Of a stretch of DNA of 64,000 nucleotides, positions 28,740-38,248 are shown one piece after another (the first letter of the stretch is position 1; each line of letters opens with the position of its first letter). Origin of the DNA: an uncultured Sphingomonadales bacterium (GTDB lineage: Bacteria > Pseudomonadota > Alphaproteobacteria > Sphingomonadales > Sphingomonadaceae); contig CAIXXP010000004.1 in assembly GCA_903923465.1 (NCBI GenBank), forward strand, positions 140 through 64,139, given 5' to 3'. Made by a program: the position numbers and the translations under genes. Below the pieces are notes generated by a model. It was given only the letters and a program-made list of their open reading frames with translations, ran no database searches and was not told where the DNA came from.

Positions 28740-30026
28740 TCACTTGCCGATACAAAACCGCCCAAACAGCGCATCGAGCATGTCTTCCGTCGTCGCCCGC
28801 CCCAGCAACGCATCGAAGGCCAAACGCGCTAGTCGCAGCCGCTCGGCCACCAACAGCGGATCGCCTTCGTCCCCCGCCCCCGCCAATGCCAAAGCGGCCT
28901 CACCAATCAGGCGGTGCTGGCGCGCATTCATCGCGACTTCCCCCGGCGCCGGCAGGCTTTGCCGCGCGGCCTCCACCAGATCCCGCCGCAGCCGATTGAT
29001 ACCCTCGCCGGTAACCGCAGAGACCTCATGGCGCGGATTTACCTTTGTGCCAGCACCGACGCGGTCCACCTGCGCCGCGATTTCCCACAAGGCCCCGCGC
29101 GTCTCGGGCCCCTGCCCCTCCGGCCCCAGCCACAGCACCAGATCGGCCAGCCCGAGCGCATCGCGCGCCCGCTCCATCCCGATCACCTCGATGGCGTCCG
29201 CGCTGTCCTCGCGTAGCCCCGCCGTATCGAGGAACTGGAACGGCACGCCCGCCAGCGCCACCGGCCGCATCAAGACATCGCGCGTGGTGCCGGCGACCGG
29301 CGCGGTAATCGCCGCCTCGCTCTCCACCAGCGCATTGAACAGCGTCGACTTCCCCGCGTTCGGCGGGCCGGCGATCACCACGCGAAACCCCTCGCGCAGC
29401 GCCTCCGCCCGGGGGCGCGCCAGCCAGTCGGAAAGTTCCACGTGGAACAATTCCAGCGCCCCGGCGAAACCATCGGGAAGCCCGGCAACATCATCCTCAT
29501 CACCAAAATCAAGCACCGCCTCCACCGCCGCCGACAGCGCCAGCACCCGCTCGCGCCAGCCCGCCACTACGCCGGAGAACGCCCCGCCCGCCATGGCCAT
29601 CGCCGCGCACCGCTGGAGCTCCGTCTCGGCCCCCAGCAGATCGGCCAGCCCCTCGGCCTCGGCCAGGTCGATGCGACCATTCAGAAACGCCCGCCGGGTG
29701 AACTCGCCCGCTTCGGCCCGCCGCAAGCCGGGCAAGGCAGCCAGCGCCGCCTCCACAGCCGCGCACACTGCCCGCCCGCCATGGCAATGCAATTCGGCCA
29801 CATCCTCGCCCGTAGCGGTGCCCGGCCCCGGCAGCCACAGCACCAGCGCCCGGTCGAGCACCGCGCCGCCGCCATCACGCAAAGTCGCATAGCTTGCCCG
29901 GCGCGCCTCCGGCAGCCGCCCGGCCAACGCCGACAGCGCAGCCCCCGCCGCTGGCCCACTCACGCGCAAAACCGCAATCCCAGCGGGCGGTGCCCCGCTG
30001 GACAGCGCAAAGATCGTATCCGTCAT
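28740..30026 (-). CDS. mnmE: tRNA modification GTPase MnmE
   Basis: DTIFALSSG, GEFTRRAFLNG, GPPNAGKS, GTTRD, DTAG, FCIGK. Confidence 0.97.
   Translation of the reverse strand: MTDTIFALSSGAPPAGIAVLRVSGPAAGAALSALAGRLPEARRASYATLRDGGGAVLDRALVLWLPGPGTATGEDVAELHCHGGRAVCAAVEAALAALPGLRRAEAGEFTRRAFLNGRIDLAEAEGLADLLGAETELQRCAAMAMAGGAFSGVVAGWRERVLALSAAVEAVLDFGDEDDVAGLPDGFAGALELFHVELSDWLARPRAEALREGFRVVIAGPPNAGKSTLFNALVESEAAITAPVAGTTRDVLMRPVALAGVPFQFLDTAGLREDSADAIEVIGMERARDALGLADLVLWLGPEGQGPETRGALWEIAAQVDRVGAGTKVNPRHEVSAVTGEGINRLRRDLVEAARQSLPAPGEVAMNARQHRLIGEAALALAGAGDEGDPLLVAERLRLARLAFDALLGRATTEDMLDALFGRFCIGK
29434..29449. other. parS site (inside mnmE)
   Basis: AGTTCCACGTGGAACA. Confidence 0.82.
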
Positions 30027-30054
30027 CTCGCCAAACCGACAGCGGGCGTGAACC

Positions 30055-30327
30055 TCACCCGGCTTTCTTGCCCCCGCCAAACGCCGCGCCGTTTTCGATA
30101 AATTGCTGGAACAGCTTCAGCCCCATCTGGCCCATCGGAGCCAACGTCTTGGCATATTCCTGCAACTGTTCGATATTGGCAACGCCGCCGCTCAGGCCAC
30201 CCCCAAGGCCGCCAATTGCCTTGGCCATGGCCTCAACATAGGCGTCGTTGGCTTTGGAGACGTCCGGCAAGCCCAGAAATTCCCGCGCCTCGTGCGGAGT
30301 GCAATCCACTTCGAGATTTATCTTCAT
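30055..30327 (-). CDS. Small conserved protein (DUF6489-like)
   Basis: MKINLEVDCTPHEAREFLGLPDV; RBS AGGAGG. Confidence 0.78.
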   Translation of the reverse strand: MKINLEVDCTPHEAREFLGLPDVSKANDAYVEAMAKAIGGLGGGLSGGVANIEQLQEYAKTLAPMGQMGLKLFQQFIENGAAFGGGKKAG

Positions 30328-30426
30328 CTGGTCCTCCTGAGCTTCCGACTTTACAAAGCTGACACACACCCTTGGCAAAGTCCACGTATCGCGCCAAGCC
30401 TTCGCCACCGGATGCAGGAGAGACTC

Positions 30427-31122
30427 ATGACCACGAACACGCTTATCCCCACCCTCGATGCCAACGGCGACGTCCCGGCCCTCGTCGTTCATCCGGATGG
30501 CGCACCCCGGGGCACGATTATCGTGGTGCAGGAAATCTTCGGCGTGAACCCCGGCATCGTGCAAAAGGCGAAGGACTGGGCGGCCCTCGGCTATCTCGCC
30601 ATCGCGCCCGATATCTTCTGGCGCCAGCAGCCCGGCATCGAGCTGGACCCCGACGTGCCCGAAGAATTCCAGCAGGCCCTGGGCTTCATGGGCAAACACG
30701 ATTTCGTCCGCGGGCTGGAAGATCTGCGCGCGGTTCTCGCCTGGGCGCGCGCGCAGCATAACGGCAAGGTCGGCCTCGTCGGGTTCTGCATGGGCGGGTT
30801 GATCGCCTATCAAATGGCAGCCCGCACCGATATCGACGCCTCCGTCGGCTACTACGGCGTCGGCATCGCCGGGCTGGTGGACGAAGCGGCGAACATCAAG
30901 GGCCAGCTCCTGCTGCACATCCCCACGGCCGATGGCTTCGTGCCCGCAGAGCAGCAGGCCGCCATGCATAAGGCGCTCGATGGCAACCCCCATGTCACGC
31001 TGTTCGACTATGCAGGACTGGACCACGGTTTTGCCGACACCTTCGGCAAACGGCGCAGCGAAGCCGGGGCGCAATTGGCGGATGAGCGCACGCGGGCGTT
31101 TTTTGCCAATGTGGTGGGGTAG
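30427..31122 (+). CDS. Dienelactone hydrolase family
   Basis: VQEIFGVN, GFCMGG, YYG, HGF; RBS AGGAGA. Confidence 0.92.
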   Translation: MTTNTLIPTLDANGDVPALVVHPDGAPRGTIIVVQEIFGVNPGIVQKAKDWAALGYLAIAPDIFWRQQPGIELDPDVPEEFQQALGFMGKHDFVRGLEDLRAVLAWARAQHNGKVGLVGFCMGGLIAYQMAARTDIDASVGYYGVGIAGLVDEAANIKGQLLLHIPTADGFVPAEQQAAMHKALDGNPHVTLFDYAGLDHGFADTFGKRRSEAGAQLADERTRAFFANVVG

Positions 31123-31150
31123 TTAAAGGTGAAGGTTTGAAGGGGGAGAT

Positions 31151-31325
31151 TCTGGGGCCTTGGGCCCCAGACCCCATTACTGTCGGCGTGGCGCCATGGG
31201 TTCGGCCTGGCGCAAGGTGGCCGCGCCGCAGGCTTTAAAGCCGCTTCGCGGCAGGGCGCCACACCGAGATCGAAGTGCTGAGCAAGACAGGTAATGGGAG
31301 CGCGAGGGGGTAACCCCCTCGCACC
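31151..31325 (-). repeat. Dual-hairpin element, copy 7 (C...D)
   Basis: TCTGGGGCC-ttg-GGCCCCAGA ccccattactgtc ... gggagcGCGAGGGGG-taa-CCCCCTCGC. Confidence 0.92.
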
Positions 31326-31342
31326 TTAACCCCTTCAAACCC

Positions 31343-32599
31343 TTACTGATTCATCGTCGCGAAGAAATCCTCGTTGCTCTTGGAATCCTTGATCTTGTCG
31401 AGCAGGAATTCCATCGCGTCGATTGTGCCCATTTGCATGAGGATGCGGCGCAGCACCCACATCTTGGCCAGATTGTTCTTGTCGACCAGCAGCTCTTCCT
31501 TGCGGGTGCCGCTCTTGCCGACGTCGAGCGCCGGGAAGATGCGCTTGTCGGCCACTTTGCGGTCGAGGACGATTTCCGAGTTGCCGGTGCCCTTGAACTC
31601 TTCGAAGATCACCTCGTCCATGCGGCTGCCGGTATCGATCAGCGCGGTGGCGATGATGGACAGCGAGCCGCCTTCCTCGATGTTACGCGCGGCGCCGAAG
31701 AAGCGCTTCGGGCGTTGCAGCGCGTTGGCGTCCACACCACCGGTCAGCACCTTGCCGGAGCTGGGCACCACGGTGTTGTAGGCGCGGCCCAGGCGGGTGA
31801 TCGAATCCAGCAGGATGACCACGTCGCGCTTGTGCTCAACCAGGCGCTTGGCTTTCTCGATCACCATCTCGGCCACCTGCACGTGGCGGGTCGCGGGCTC
31901 GTCGAAGGTGGAGGAGATAACCTCGCCCTTCACGCTGCGCTGCATGTCGGTCACTTCCTCGGGCCGCTCATCGACGAGCAGCACGATCAGGAATACCTCG
32001 GGATGGTTGTCGGGGATGGCCTTGGCCATGTTCTGCAGCAGCACGGTCTTGCCGGTGCGCGGCGGCGCCACGATCAGCGCGCGCTGGCCCTTGCCCTGCG
32101 GGCTGATCAGATCGATGACGCGGGCGCTCTTGTCCTTCACCGTCGGGTCGAGCGTATCGAGCCGCAGACGCGAATCCGGATAGAGCGGGGTGAGGTTGTC
32201 GAAGTTCACCCGGTGGCGCACGGCCTCGGGGTCATCAAAGTTCACCTTGATCAGCTTGGTGATGGCAAAATAGCGCTCGCCATCCTTCGGGGCGCGGATT
32301 TCACCTTCCACCGTGTCACCGGTGCGCAGGCCCCATTTCCGCACCTGGTTGGGCGAGACATAGATGTCGTCGGGCCCGGCCAGATAGTTCGCCTCCGGGC
32401 TGCGCAGGAAGCCGAAGCCATCGGGCAGCACCTCGATGGTGCCAATGCCGTAAATTTCCTCGCCGTCCTCAGCCATTTCCTTCAGCACGGCGAACATGAT
32501 GTCCTGCCGGCGCATGGTGCTCGCGCTTTCAACGCCCAGCTCCTCGGCCATCTCGACCAATTCGGCAGCCGTCTTTTTCTTCAAATCTTTCAAATGCAT
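31343..32599 (-). CDS. rho: Transcription termination factor Rho
   Basis: [40 protein letters not shown]. Confidence 0.99.
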   Translation of the reverse strand: MHLKDLKKKTAAELVEMAEELGVESASTMRRQDIMFAVLKEMAEDGEEIYGIGTIEVLPDGFGFLRSPEANYLAGPDDIYVSPNQVRKWGLRTGDTVEGEIRAPKDGERYFAITKLIKVNFDDPEAVRHRVNFDNLTPLYPDSRLRLDTLDPTVKDKSARVIDLISPQGKGQRALIVAPPRTGKTVLLQNMAKAIPDNHPEVFLIVLLVDERPEEVTDMQRSVKGEVISSTFDEPATRHVQVAEMVIEKAKRLVEHKRDVVILLDSITRLGRAYNTVVPSSGKVLTGGVDANALQRPKRFFGAARNIEEGGSLSIIATALIDTGSRMDEVIFEEFKGTGNSEIVLDRKVADKRIFPALDVGKSGTRKEELLVDKNNLAKMWVLRRILMQMGTIDAMEFLLDKIKDSKSNEDFFATMNQ

Positions 32600-32776
32600 A
32601 GGTATTATCCAGTTGAATCTGGGGTGTACTCGGGAATGGCCGGAGGGTCTGATGGGCTTGGGGAAAGCAAGACCGGGCAACGCGATTGATGGCGTCGCTC
32701 CATACCGGGAGAGGATTTGCCGATAGGCTTGTCGGGGGTTTTCGTCAAATGATTAGGGTGAGGGAGGGGGGTTTAA

Positions 32777-32948
32777 GGTGCGAGGGGGTTACCCCCTCGC
32801 GCTCCCATGACTTGGCGGCGTTGGCGCTTGCCTCTCAGCGTGGCGCCCTGCCGCGGAGCGGCTTTAAGGCCTGCAGCGTGGCGCCTTGGCTGAACCCATG
32901 GCGCGCCAATGACAGTATTGGGAGCGCGAGGGCGATGGCCCTCGCACC
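32777..32948 (+). repeat. Dual-hairpin element, copy 8 (D...D)
   Basis: ggtGCGAGGGGG-tta-CCCCCTCGC gctccc ... gggagcGCGAGGGC-gatg-GCCCTCGC acc. Confidence 0.92.
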
Positions 32949-32974
32949 TTCATCCTTCGAATATCCTCCAAACC

Positions 32975-33400
32975 CTAAAACGGCTTCACCACCACCAAAA
33001 TCACGATAACAATTGCCGCCAGCCCCGGTATCTCGTTCAGCAACCGCAACCGCTTGCCACTCACCCGCCGCTCACCCAGCGCCAACGCCTTGGCATAGCT
33101 GGCCAGCCACAGGTGATAGACGCTGAGCCCCAGCACCACCCCCAGCTTGGCGTGAAACCACTCCTGCTGGAAAGCCCCCGTCACCATTGCCAGCGACAGG
33201 CCCAGCACCCAGACCATCACCATCGCCGGCCACATGATGATCTTCAGCAGCTTGGCCTCGCGCTCGATCCACACGGCGTTTTCCGGCGAGCCCGGTTCGG
33301 CTTCCTGATGATAGACGAAAAAGCGCGGCAGCATGAACAGCCCGGCCATCCAGAAGATGACGAAAATGATGTGCCCCGCCTTCAGCCACAGATAGGTCAT
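32975..33400 (-). CDS. hemJ: Protoporphyrinogen oxidase HemJ
   Basis: LKAGHIIFVIFWMAGLFMLPRFFVYH, RLLNEIP, VVKPF. Confidence 0.93.
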   Translation of the reverse strand: MTYLWLKAGHIIFVIFWMAGLFMLPRFFVYHQEAEPGSPENAVWIEREAKLLKIIMWPAMVMVWVLGLSLAMVTGAFQQEWFHAKLGVVLGLSVYHLWLASYAKALALGERRVSGKRLRLLNEIPGLAAIVIVILVVVKPF

Positions 33401-33412
33401 CGCCCGCCTCCC

Positions 33413-34438
33413 TTATCCCCGCCAGCCGCGCACCAGTTCCAGAACGCGCTCGACATGCGCCAGCGGCGTGGTCTGGCCGATGCCATGGCCCAGATTGAAC
33501 ACATGCGGCCGCCCGGCGAAAGTGGCGAGAATATGCCCCACCTCGCGGTCCAGCGCCGCGCCGCCGGCGAGCAGCAGCAGCGGATCGAGATTGCCCTGAA
33601 CCGGCAGATCGGCAGGCAGATTTTTCGCCGCCCACACCGGATCTATCGTCTCATCCAGCCCCAGCGCGTCCACCCCGGTCTCGCTGGCATAGGCGATCAG
33701 CTTTTCACCCGCGCCTTTCGGAAAGCCGATGATCGGCACTCCCGGGCAGCGCGCCCGCAGCCGGGCCACAATCGCCGCATTGGGCGCGATAACCCAGCGG
33801 GCGAATTCCGCCGGCGCCAGGCTGCCGGACCAGCTGTCGAACAATTGCACCGCCTCGGCGCCCGCCTCGATCTGGCCGACGAGATATTCGACCGTCACGC
33901 CGATGATCGCATCGATGATCGCCTGAAACGCCGCCGGATCGCGATAGGCATAGGCGCGGGTCTCATGCTGGTCGCGGCTGCCCTCGCCGGCCACCATATA
34001 GGTCGCCACCGTCCACGGGCTGCCGGCAAAGCCCAGCAGGGTGCGCGTGGGGTCCAGATCGGCCCGCACCCGCCGTACGGTCTCGTAGATCGGCGACAGA
34101 CGCTCCGGCACCGCCTCCAGCGCTCCCAGCGCGGCATCCACCAGCCGGGGGCTCAGGCGCGGCCCCTCGCCCGCCAGGAACTCCAGATTCTGCCCCATCG
34201 CATAGGGCACGATCAGAATGTCGGAAAACAGGATCGCGCCATCAAAACCAAAGCGCTTGATCGGTTGCAGCGTGATCTCGGCGGCCGCGGCGGAATCGTA
34301 GACCAGCGGCAGAAACCCACCTTTCCGGGCGCGCAACTCGCGGTATTCCGGCAAATAACGCCCGGCTTGGCGCATCAGCCAGATCGGCCGTTCGGCGCTG
34401 TTCTCGCCAGCCAGGGTACGGAGCAAAAGACCGGGCAT
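33413..34438 (-). CDS. hemE: Uroporphyrinogen decarboxylase
   Basis: PIWLMRQAGRYLPEY, AILFSDIL, QLFDSW, FNLGHGI. Confidence 0.97.
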   Translation of the reverse strand: MPGLLLRTLAGENSAERPIWLMRQAGRYLPEYRELRARKGGFLPLVYDSAAAAEITLQPIKRFGFDGAILFSDILIVPYAMGQNLEFLAGEGPRLSPRLVDAALGALEAVPERLSPIYETVRRVRADLDPTRTLLGFAGSPWTVATYMVAGEGSRDQHETRAYAYRDPAAFQAIIDAIIGVTVEYLVGQIEAGAEAVQLFDSWSGSLAPAEFARWVIAPNAAIVARLRARCPGVPIIGFPKGAGEKLIAYASETGVDALGLDETIDPVWAAKNLPADLPVQGNLDPLLLLAGGAALDREVGHILATFAGRPHVFNLGHGIGQTTPLAHVERVLELVRGWRG

Positions 34439-34440
34439 CG

Positions 34441-34779
34441 CGCTTAATCCCATCAAAAAAATAAGAGTCTTTAGAAGGTATTGTTAGCAGTAGGCCTGTG
34501 GATATCGGGCATTGCGCCGCCTTGCCGGATTTTCCCCGGCCTCACCAGCCTGAAACGGCCTTCGACTCATGACAGTTTGGCGTCAAGCACAGCTTGTCCC
34601 CACTATCCCCAGCCTGTGGATGGCGCTGTCCACATGTGGGCAAGCGTGGTGGTGGGTGGCGGAAGATGGGCACAGCTTTTGTCCCCGGAGTTGTCAGCCT
34701 GCTTGTCCGGGGGGTTATGCAGGGGGGTTGTGCACAGGGGTGAGGAGCAGGGTTTTAAGGGGGTTTTGAAGGGAGAGAT
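34441..34779. other. Chromosomal replication origin oriC
   Basis: Between divergent hemE and DUF299 genes as in Caulobacter; AT-rich 34445-34490, then tag-cag-tag-GCC-TGTGGATAT (trio/GC/DnaA box, box 34497-34505); further degenerate DnaA boxes (tgtggatgg, ctgtccaca, tgtgggcaa, ttgtgcaca); GANTC at 34465, 34564, 34777; nearby parS cluster. Confidence 0.85.
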
Positions 34780-34965
34780 TCTGGGGCCTTAGGCCCCAGA
34801 CCCCATTACTGTCGTTGTCGGGCCAAGGGTTCGGCGTGGCGCAAGGTCGCAGAGCCGCAGGCTTTTATTGCCGCTGCGGGGCGGTGTGGCGCCAACGATC
34901 ACTTCCAACTCGACCTCTCGCCGGAAGACGTTCCGGGGGTTTTGGGGTGTAACACCCCCAAGTCT
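34780..34965 (-). repeat. Dual-hairpin element, copy 9 (C...A hairpin with B-type arm), in oriC intergenic region
   Basis: TCTGGGGCC-tta-GGCCCCAGA cccc ... ctctcgccggaagacgtt ... gggggttttggggtgtaacacccccaagtct. Confidence 0.9.
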
Positions 34966-35012
34966 AACCCTTCCCCCTTCCCCCTTTCACAAATTCCACT
35001 AACCTCGCCTCC

Positions 35013-35855
35013 ATGCCCCGACTTCACCTCCACCTCGTATCCGATTCCACTGGCGAGACGCTGGAGATGATCGCCAAGGCGGCGCTGGCGCAGTTCGACG
35101 ATGCCGATGTTGTGCGGCATTTCTGGCCGATGGTGCGCAGCCAGGCGCATCTGGATCGCATTCTGGCGGACATCACCGCCAGCCCCGGCCTGGTGTTGTT
35201 CACGGTTGTCAGCCTGGATATCCGCAAGATGCTGGAGGAGCGCTGCCATGCGATGGGCTTGCCCTGTGTGCCGGCGCTGGATGCGGTGACCGACGCGCTG
35301 GAGAACATGTTCGGCCAGCAGGCCAAGGCTCGGCCCGGCCGCCAGCACACGATGGACGCCGCCTATTTCGCCCGGGTGGAGGCGATCCAGTTCACCATTG
35401 CCCATGATGATGGCGTGGCGTGGGAGGACTGGGAGGAGGCCGATATCGTGCTGGCCGGCGTGTCGCGCAGTTCCAAAACGCCGACCTCGATCTATCTGGC
35501 CAATCGCGGCTATCGCGTGGCGAATATTCCCATCGTGGTGGAAAGCCCGCCGCCGCCCGCGCTTTTCGGCCTGCGCAGCCCGCTGGTCGTGGGGTTGACT
35601 ACCGCGCCGGAGCGGCTGATTCAGGTGCGGCGCAACCGGCTGCTCTCGCTGAACCAGCAGCCGGGCACCGCCTATGTCGATGCCGAAAGGGTGGCGGCCG
35701 AGGTGCAATATGCCCGCCGCATGTTCGCGGACAATGCCTGGCCGGTGATCGACGTCACCCGCCGCTCGATCGAAGAGACGGCGGCGGCGGTGATCAATTT
35801 GCTGAACGAGCGGCGCGCGGGCGGCGGCTCCGGGCTGGGCAACAAGCCGATATGA
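35013..35855 (+). CDS. PEP synthase/PPDK regulatory protein (DUF299)
   Basis: HLVSDSTGET, AHDDG, GVSRSSKTPTS, DVTRRSIEETA. Confidence 0.93.
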   Translation: MPRLHLHLVSDSTGETLEMIAKAALAQFDDADVVRHFWPMVRSQAHLDRILADITASPGLVLFTVVSLDIRKMLEERCHAMGLPCVPALDAVTDALENMFGQQAKARPGRQHTMDAAYFARVEAIQFTIAHDDGVAWEDWEEADIVLAGVSRSSKTPTSIYLANRGYRVANIPIVVESPPPPALFGLRSPLVVGLTTAPERLIQVRRNRLLSLNQQPGTAYVDAERVAAEVQYARRMFADNAWPVIDVTRRSIEETAAAVINLLNERRAGGGSGLGNKPI

Positions 35856-36451
35856 CTCTCATTCTGGCCTCAAAAAGCGGGTCGCGCCAGGCGATGCTGA
35901 CCGCCGCCGGCGTCGATTTCCGCGCCATCCCCGCCCATCTGGACGAGCGCGCGCTGGAGGCGGCATTGGCGGGCGCGCCGCCCGGCGAACTGGCCGTGGC
36001 GCTGGCCGGGGCCAAGGCGCTTGCGGTTTCCGCCGAGCACGCCGGGGCGCTGGTGCTGGGCAGCGATTCACTGGTGGTGGCGCGCGGTCGCCGCTTCGAC
36101 AAGCCGGCCAGCCGCGAGGAGGCCGCCGCGCATCTGCGCTGGTTTTCGGGCGGGGAGATGGAACTGCACAGCGCCGCCGCCCTTGCCCGCGATGGCGCGG
36201 TGGTGTGGCGCCATGCCGCCCTCGCCCGGCTGGACGTGCGGGTGCTGGATGAGGCGTTCATCAGTCGCTATCTGGACGCTGAGTGGCCCGAAGTCGGGGC
36301 CTGTGTCGGCGTATTTCGTATCGAGGGGTTGGGGGTGCATTTGTTCGAGCATATCGACGGGGATCATTTTACCGTGCTGGGCATGCCCCTGCTGCCGGTG
36401 CTGGCGGCACTCAGGAATTTCGGGCGGCAATTTGGCGGGGCGGCGTTGTGA
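35852..36451 (+). CDS. maf: Maf nucleotide pyrophosphatase
   Basis: LILASKSGSR, LVLGSDS, DKP, TVLGMPL; ATGA overlap. Confidence 0.92.
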   Translation: MTLILASKSGSRQAMLTAAGVDFRAIPAHLDERALEAALAGAPPGELAVALAGAKALAVSAEHAGALVLGSDSLVVARGRRFDKPASREEAAAHLRWFSGGEMELHSAAALARDGAVVWRHAALARLDVRVLDEAFISRYLDAEWPEVGACVGVFRIEGLGVHLFEHIDGDHFTVLGMPLLPVLAALRNFGRQFGGAAL

Positions 36452-37935
36452 GCGAGGCGGAAACCGATCTGTCGTGGCGCCGCGCGGCGCCCGCGCGCCC
36501 CTATGCCGAGGTGATCGGCGACCCGATCAGCCACACCAGATCGCCGAAAATCCACACATTCTGGCTGGATGCGCTGGGAATCGACGGCGAATACCGCGCC
36601 GCCCATGTTCTGCCCGAAGAGCTTGCGGAATATCTCGCCGCCCGCCGCGCCGACCCGCTGTGGCGGGGCTGCAGCGTGACCATGCCGCACAAGCAAGCGG
36701 TGATGCGCCTGCTGAGCGAGCACCCCGACGATGCGCTGGAGGAGCCGGCGCGGGTGATCGGCGCGGTCAATGCCGTTTTCCGGCACGACGGCGGGTTGGG
36801 CGGGGCCAACACCGATATTCCCGGTTTCAGCGAAGCGCTGGGCGGGCGAACTTTCCGCCGCGTCGTGGTGGTGGGCGCGGGCGGCGCGGCGCGGGCGGTG
36901 CTGCTTGCCCTGCGCAACGGGGCCTGCGCCGGCCACATCACCCTGCAAAACCGCGATGTGGCGAAGGCCACGGAGCTGCTGGAGGTGCTCGGCATCCGTG
37001 GGGCCAATGGTGCCGGTGATGTCACCGGCGAGGCCGCGCCGCTGGGCGCGCCGCTGCCCGATGGCTGCGATCTGCTGGTGAACACCAGTGCGCTGGGCAT
37101 GGTCGGCTATCCGCCGCTGCTGATGGAACTTGGCGCGATGGCGGATGACGGCATCGTCTATGATATCGTCACCGCGCCGCTGGATACCCCGCTGTTGCAG
37201 CAGGCGCGGGCGCGCGGCCTTGCCACCATCGATGGCCTGTCCATGCTCATCGGGCAGGCGGATTTCGCCTTTGGCCATTTCTTCGGCATCCGCCCCGACC
37301 GGTCGGATGGAGACCGGGGGCTGCGGCTGGCCCTGGGCGCCCGCCCGTTCATCCTCGGCCTCACCGGCTCCATTGGCATGGGCAAATCGGCGGTGGCGGG
37401 CATGTTGCGCGACGAGGGCGTGCCGGTGTTCGATGCCGACGCCGAGGTGCACCGGCTGCAGGGGCCCGGCGGGGCGCTGTTGCCGCAAATAGAGGCGGCC
37501 TTTCCCGGCACCACCGGGCCGGACGGCGTGGACCGGCCCAAGCTCGGCGCGGCGGCCTTCGGCAACCCCGAGGCCCTCGCCCGGCTGGAGGCCATGGTGC
37601 ACCCGCCGATAAACGCGGCCAGGGCCTCGTTCATGGCCGAGCATGCCGCCGCGCCGCTGGTGGTGTTCGACGTGCCGCTGCTGTTCGAAAAGGGCGGCTG
37701 GCAGAGCGTCGATGGCGTGGCGGTGGTCTCCGCCCCGGCCGAGGCACAGGCCGAGCGCGTGCTGGCCCGCCCCGGCATGACGCCGGAGAAATTCGCCCAG
37801 ATCCTCGCCCTGCAAGTGCCCGATGCCGAAAAACGCGCGCGGGCGGATTTCGTGATCGATACCGGGGTGACGCTGGAGGAAACGCGGGGGGCGGTGAAGC
37901 AGGTGGTTGCGGGGATTTTGGCGGGGAGGAAGTAG
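36448..37935 (+). CDS. aroE-coaE: Fused shikimate dehydrogenase - dephospho-CoA kinase
   Basis: [42 protein letters not shown], then in-frame GLTGSIGMGKS, FDAD, DVPLLFE; GTGA overlap with maf. Confidence 0.9.
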   Translation: MSEAETDLSWRRAAPARPYAEVIGDPISHTRSPKIHTFWLDALGIDGEYRAAHVLPEELAEYLAARRADPLWRGCSVTMPHKQAVMRLLSEHPDDALEEPARVIGAVNAVFRHDGGLGGANTDIPGFSEALGGRTFRRVVVVGAGGAARAVLLALRNGACAGHITLQNRDVAKATELLEVLGIRGANGAGDVTGEAAPLGAPLPDGCDLLVNTSALGMVGYPPLLMELGAMADDGIVYDIVTAPLDTPLLQQARARGLATIDGLSMLIGQADFAFGHFFGIRPDRSDGDRGLRLALGARPFILGLTGSIGMGKSAVAGMLRDEGVPVFDADAEVHRLQGPGGALLPQIEAAFPGTTGPDGVDRPKLGAAAFGNPEALARLEAMVHPPINAARASFMAEHAAAPLVVFDVPLLFEKGGWQSVDGVAVVSAPAEAQAERVLARPGMTPEKFAQILALQVPDAEKRARADFVIDTGVTLEETRGAVKQVVAGILAGRK

Positions 37936-37951
37936 GGGCAAAGAGAGAGTC

Positions 37952-38129
37952 GCAGGGGCGAGCCCCTGCACCCCTTAACGTCTCCCGGCGTGAGGGTGTG
38001 AAGGGTCTCGCCGTGGCGCCCGACCTCACCGCGCTGCGGGCTTTATCGCCGCTTCGCGGCAAGGCGGCTCGCCAAGGTGGGGCGCCACACCGACAGTGGT
38101 GGGGTTTGGGGCCCAAGGCCCCAAGGCTA
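37952..38129 (-). repeat. Dual-hairpin element, copy 10 (B...C')
   Basis: GCAGGGG-cgag-CCCCTGC accccttaacgtctcccggcg ... ggggtTTGGGGCC-caa-GGCCCCAA. Confidence 0.92.
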
Positions 38130-38248
38130 TCTCTTTTCCCTGATCCCCCTTCACTCTTTATCCACCCCCTCCCCCCAAGTTCAACCGAGGTCAAAGACCC
38201 GTGTTTGCCCTCTTGCCACTGACGCAAAGCGGGAGGATAGATAGCGCG

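Noticed and set aside
34755-34769. CtrA box in oriC (TTAA-N7-TTGA)
   Set aside because: One mismatch, and it lies in the G/T-rich flank of element copy 9; insufficient support.
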